Virus record (IMG/VR): IMGVR_UViG_3300017991_000098
DNA from: an uncultured virus (IMG/VR IMGVR_UViG_3300017991_000098)
Lineage: Duplodnaviria > Heunggongvirae > Uroviricota > Caudoviricetes
Length of the DNA stretch: 20,000 nucleotides
Direction: 5' to 3' (one strand)
Shown here one piece after another: positions 17,355-20,000 of the stretch. The first letter of the stretch is position 1. Every line of letters starts with the position of its first letter. The position numbers and the translations under genes are program-made. Below the pieces are notes generated by a model, which saw only the letters and a program-made list of their open reading frames with translations, did no database searches and was not told the DNA's origin.

Positions 17355-18594
17355 GGCGTTGTCTCCACATCTCCAAGTTTTCTTTCATAAGTTTGACCTC
17401 AACGCCGTTTTCTGCTTTAAATATACCAGTTACTATTTTGTGATACTCTTCAATATTGTGCCCATCTTGGTATGCACCATGGCCAAGCTCCTTTGACCCG
17501 GCATAATGGCAGTCACGCAAAAAATCTGGGATTCTGACTACATCATTTTGATTCATGTCCATGGCTTTCCAAATAGCTCTGGCGGACGCTTTAGATCGCG
17601 GACACATAGCCAAGAACGCAACGGCGGAAGCTAAAATAAGATTGGCCTCTGGATAACCAACCTGGCGTGCCGCTTCTACAGCCGCATGTGTATGAACCAT
17701 GGCCATTGGATCACATATACCAACATCTTCAGCTGCAGTAACAAGCAACCTACGACATATAACATTTAAATCCTCGCCACAATTTATTGCCCACGCTAAA
17801 TATAATATGGCCCCATCAACATCGCTAGCCTGTATGGCACCCTGTATTGCACTAAGAGCATCAAAATGCCCGTCACCAGATCGGTCAAACATAACAGACT
17901 TGTTAGGCAGTACCATCTTGCAGACAGTCGTATCTACCAAGATTTCCACAGCCTCGTCGTAAAAAGACTCTACAATTAATTCTAGGGTAGACAGCATCTT
18001 CCTGGCGTCACCATCAACTTTTATGGCAAGATAATCGATTGCTTCTTCACCAACAGTGATACTCTTGCCAGAGTCTTGGTAATACTGGACCCCGCGCATA
18101 AGAGCTTTCCGTAAGTCGTCACCAGCTAGCGGCTCAAATTGAAAAATGTGGCTTCTTGATATGAGTGGGCCAGCAATGGAGAAGTATGGATTTTCAGTGG
18201 TTGCACCAATAAACACCACTGTGCCATTCTCCACTGACGGCAGAAACGCCTCTTGTTGATTCTTTGCGTGCCTATGACATTCATCAACAAACAGAATTGT
18301 TCTTCTTTTGTTGAGATCATACTCAATCTTGGCAGCAGATATTGCCTCTCGTGCATCCTTGATGCCGGCAGTCGTCGCGTTCATGCGAATAAAGTTGGCA
18401 TTAGTGGTGTTTGCGATTATCTCAGCTAATGTGGTCTTACCAGTACCGGGTGGGCCGTAGAATATAGCGCTTTGCAATTTGTCGCTCTCGATCATGGATC
18501 GCAGCAATGTGCCATCGCCAACAATATGATCCTGGCCTATGAATTCACTGAGGTTCCGGGGGCGAATCCGGTGGGGAAGTGGTTCTCTATCCAT
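17308..18594 (-). CDS. rarA: Replication-associated recombination protein A (RarA/MgsA AAA+ ATPase), ~428 aa
   Basis: PLPHRIRPRNLSEFIGQDH, Walker A GPPGTGKTT, Walker B LFVDECHR, IGATTENPYF, GDAR, AAEDVG, GYPEA, LRDCHYAGSKELGHG are all MgsA/RarA hallmarks. Start taken as ATG 18594 (MDREPL). Confidence 0.93.
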   Translation of the reverse strand: MDREPLPHRIRPRNLSEFIGQDHIVGDGTLLRSMIESDKLQSAIFYGPPGTGKTTLAEIIANTTNANFIRMNATTAGIKDAREAISAAKIEYDLNKRRTILFVDECHRHAKNQQEAFLPSVENGTVVFIGATTENPYFSIAGPLISRSHIFQFEPLAGDDLRKALMRGVQYYQDSGKSITVGEEAIDYLAIKVDGDARKMLSTLELIVESFYDEAVEILVDTTVCKMVLPNKSVMFDRSGDGHFDALSAIQGAIQASDVDGAILYLAWAINCGEDLNVICRRLLVTAAEDVGICDPMAMVHTHAAVEAARQVGYPEANLILASAVAFLAMCPRSKASARAIWKAMDMNQNDVVRIPDFLRDCHYAGSKELGHGAYQDGHNIEEYHKIVTGIFKAENGVEVKLMKENLEMWRQRRVESRSVLNAKKDVL

Positions 18595-18626
18595 GTTACT
18601 ACATATCCTAGAGGTAAATATACCCG

Positions 18627-18944
18627 ATGATGATACTGAAAGTAGAAGCAACAATTAAGGGTAATATTATCCATTCGGATAAATCTGGGCGTGCCTTCAG
18701 CCTAAAAAGCTTAAAAGAATCAATTCAGGATTTCAACGAACATTGTCCGGTTGGTGGTGAGCTACGCGGATGCCCTTATACCATAAAAAGGATGTGGGTG
18801 AACGAGGATGGTGTAAACGCCGAAGTGGTTGGTTTGGACAGTGATTGGGATTATAAACTTGAACCAGTAATGATGAGCCTACCAACAAACCCAGAAATTA
18901 TCACCGAAATAGTGGATGTATCAGTCGTCCTTAAACGCCGTTAG
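18627..18944 (+). CDS. Hypothetical protein (105 aa), weak resemblance to the N-terminal half of T4 gp21-type prohead protease
   Basis: GAGGT SD-like sequence upstream; sequence SGRAFS..SL....GGEL...TIKRMWVNEDGVNAEVVGLDS. Resemblance judged by eye only. Confidence 0.5.
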   Translation: MMILKVEATIKGNIIHSDKSGRAFSLKSLKESIQDFNEHCPVGGELRGCPYTIKRMWVNEDGVNAEVVGLDSDWDYKLEPVMMSLPTNPEIITEIVDVSVVLKRR

Positions 18945-19256
18945 AATTGACTTTTTGTCGTGCCAATACCAAAATCTTAGCTTACAGTTCCTACACATCA
19001 GCACCATCTGAATCTGGTCACCTTTTCTTTCACCAACACCTTGTGGCCTTGAAAATTCACCACATTCTGGACATTTAATGTCGTCATGGTAGGTTGGTGG
19101 GGTCATAGTCTTAAGGCAGGCTAAAACACTTTCCCTATATACAGAATGGGCGTCCTTTCGGACGCCCATGTCTGAGATTTCATCAGTTATTACTACTCGG
19201 ACTTTTTCTTGTCCTTTTTCTTGCCCTTGCCGTCTGTGCCCATCTCTTTTGGACAT
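18921..19256 (-). CDS. Small Zn-ribbon protein (111 aa)
   Basis: CPECG and CRNC pairs; GGAGG SD before ATG 19256. Confidence 0.65.
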   Translation of the reverse strand: MSKRDGHRRQGQEKGQEKVRVVITDEISDMGVRKDAHSVYRESVLACLKTMTPPTYHDDIKCPECGEFSRPQGVGERKGDQIQMVLMCRNCKLRFWYWHDKKSILTAFKDD

Positions 19257-19774
19257 TTGGAGGCCTCCGAAATATTTTCGCCTTCGGGGTCCATGCCTTC
19301 TTCCATGCCCTCATCTTCGTCTTCGTCCTCTTCCTCTTCCTCTTCCTCTTCTTCATCGCTTTCTTCGTCTTCTCCCCCAAATTCAGCAGGAGGCTCGCCA
19401 CCTTCATCGTACGGCTCATCATCATGCATTTCGGCCGCATCTTCTGCCTCTTCCTCTTCGAACATGTCTTCGAGGTCCTGGACAGTGATTGGTTCTTCCT
19501 TGTCCTTGCAACAACCCATGAGCATCTCAGCAAACTCGTGAAGTTCAGTATCACCGTGTTCACCTTCAAAATCCTCCCTGGCATGTTCAAGGGTTCGTAT
19601 TAGGGCTGGAACGTTGAACATAACCACGTCGTCACCATCACCTTCATCAACACCATCCATGTCGGCTGCGATCGCATCAAAATCAGGTGCTGGTTTTTCT
19701 TCTGGAGCCGTGGCCATACCAACGGCATCGTCCATTTCTTGCTCTTCAAGGGTCAGTTTACCAAGCTTGCGCAT
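19193..19774 (-). CDS. Highly acidic hypothetical protein (193 aa) with basic C-terminal tail
   Basis: AGGAGG SD before ATG 19774. Folded-looking core VPALIRTLEHARED...DTELHEFAEML, a long E/D tract and a KGKKKDKKK end. Confidence 0.8.
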   Translation of the reverse strand: MRKLGKLTLEEQEMDDAVGMATAPEEKPAPDFDAIAADMDGVDEGDGDDVVMFNVPALIRTLEHAREDFEGEHGDTELHEFAEMLMGCCKDKEEPITVQDLEDMFEEEEAEDAAEMHDDEPYDEGGEPPAEFGGEDEESDEEEEEEEEEDEDEDEGMEEGMDPEGENISEASKCPKEMGTDGKGKKKDKKKSE

Positions 19775-19828
19775 GGGGATATCCTCCTATAATATATTCC
19801 TGGGGTAAATTTGACATAAAAATATTAC

Positions 19829-20000
19829 ATGAAATACAAAACCACACATCCAAAACATCATACTTATAGGCATCCTAACGTAACATATAAAATTGCACAA
19901 TCACCGAATCGCATTTATGAATGCCCAAATAGGACCCTTGGTGACGTGTGGGCATTTGCCAGTTACGTAATGAGAAAGAACGCAGTAGCAACGGTAAGTA
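19829..20000 (+). CDS. Partial ORF running off the right edge (hypothetical)
   Basis: Open from ATG 19829 to the end: MKYKTTHPKHHTYRHPNVTYKIAQSPNRIYECPNRTLGDVWAFASYVMRKNAVATVS. No clear SD. Confidence 0.4.
   Translation, partial: MKYKTTHPKHHTYRHPNVTYKIAQSPNRIYECPNRTLGDVWAFASYVMRKNAVATVS

Noticed and set aside
19811..19840. Sigma70-like promoter (TTGACA at 19811)
   Set aside because: No good -10 box at proper spacing, and it would fall inside the putative ORF starting at 19829.

Overview
This window looks like part of the virion-structure (tail/baseplate/fibre) region of a large, probably contractile-tailed bacteriophage; host unknown. Nearly all genes are on the minus strand and tightly coupled. 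Reading right to left: an acidic protein, a Zn-ribbon protein, a RarA/MgsA AAA+ ATPase, a free-standing HTH-LAGLIDADG endonuclease and two signal-peptide/membrane proteins. Then come two tandem paralogous fibre-like genes (collagen-like triplets, poly-Ser stalk, unrelated Cys-containing tips), an out-of-frame poly-Ser/Cys-rich orphan cassette and a CxxC thioredoxin-fold protein. These are followed by a P2 gpI-like baseplate protein, a hypothetical, a ~1674-aa protein of about 80% Ser built from ~41 Cys-anchored repeats, and a tail-fibre gene that runs off the left edge and is missing from the ORF track. The most unusual element is the poly-Ser module set: a giant Ser/Cys repeat whose units keep even lengths, possibly interchangeable tips joined by poly-Ser DNA, and a neighbouring thiol oxidoreductase. 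All functional calls come from motif recognition by eye; no database search was run.
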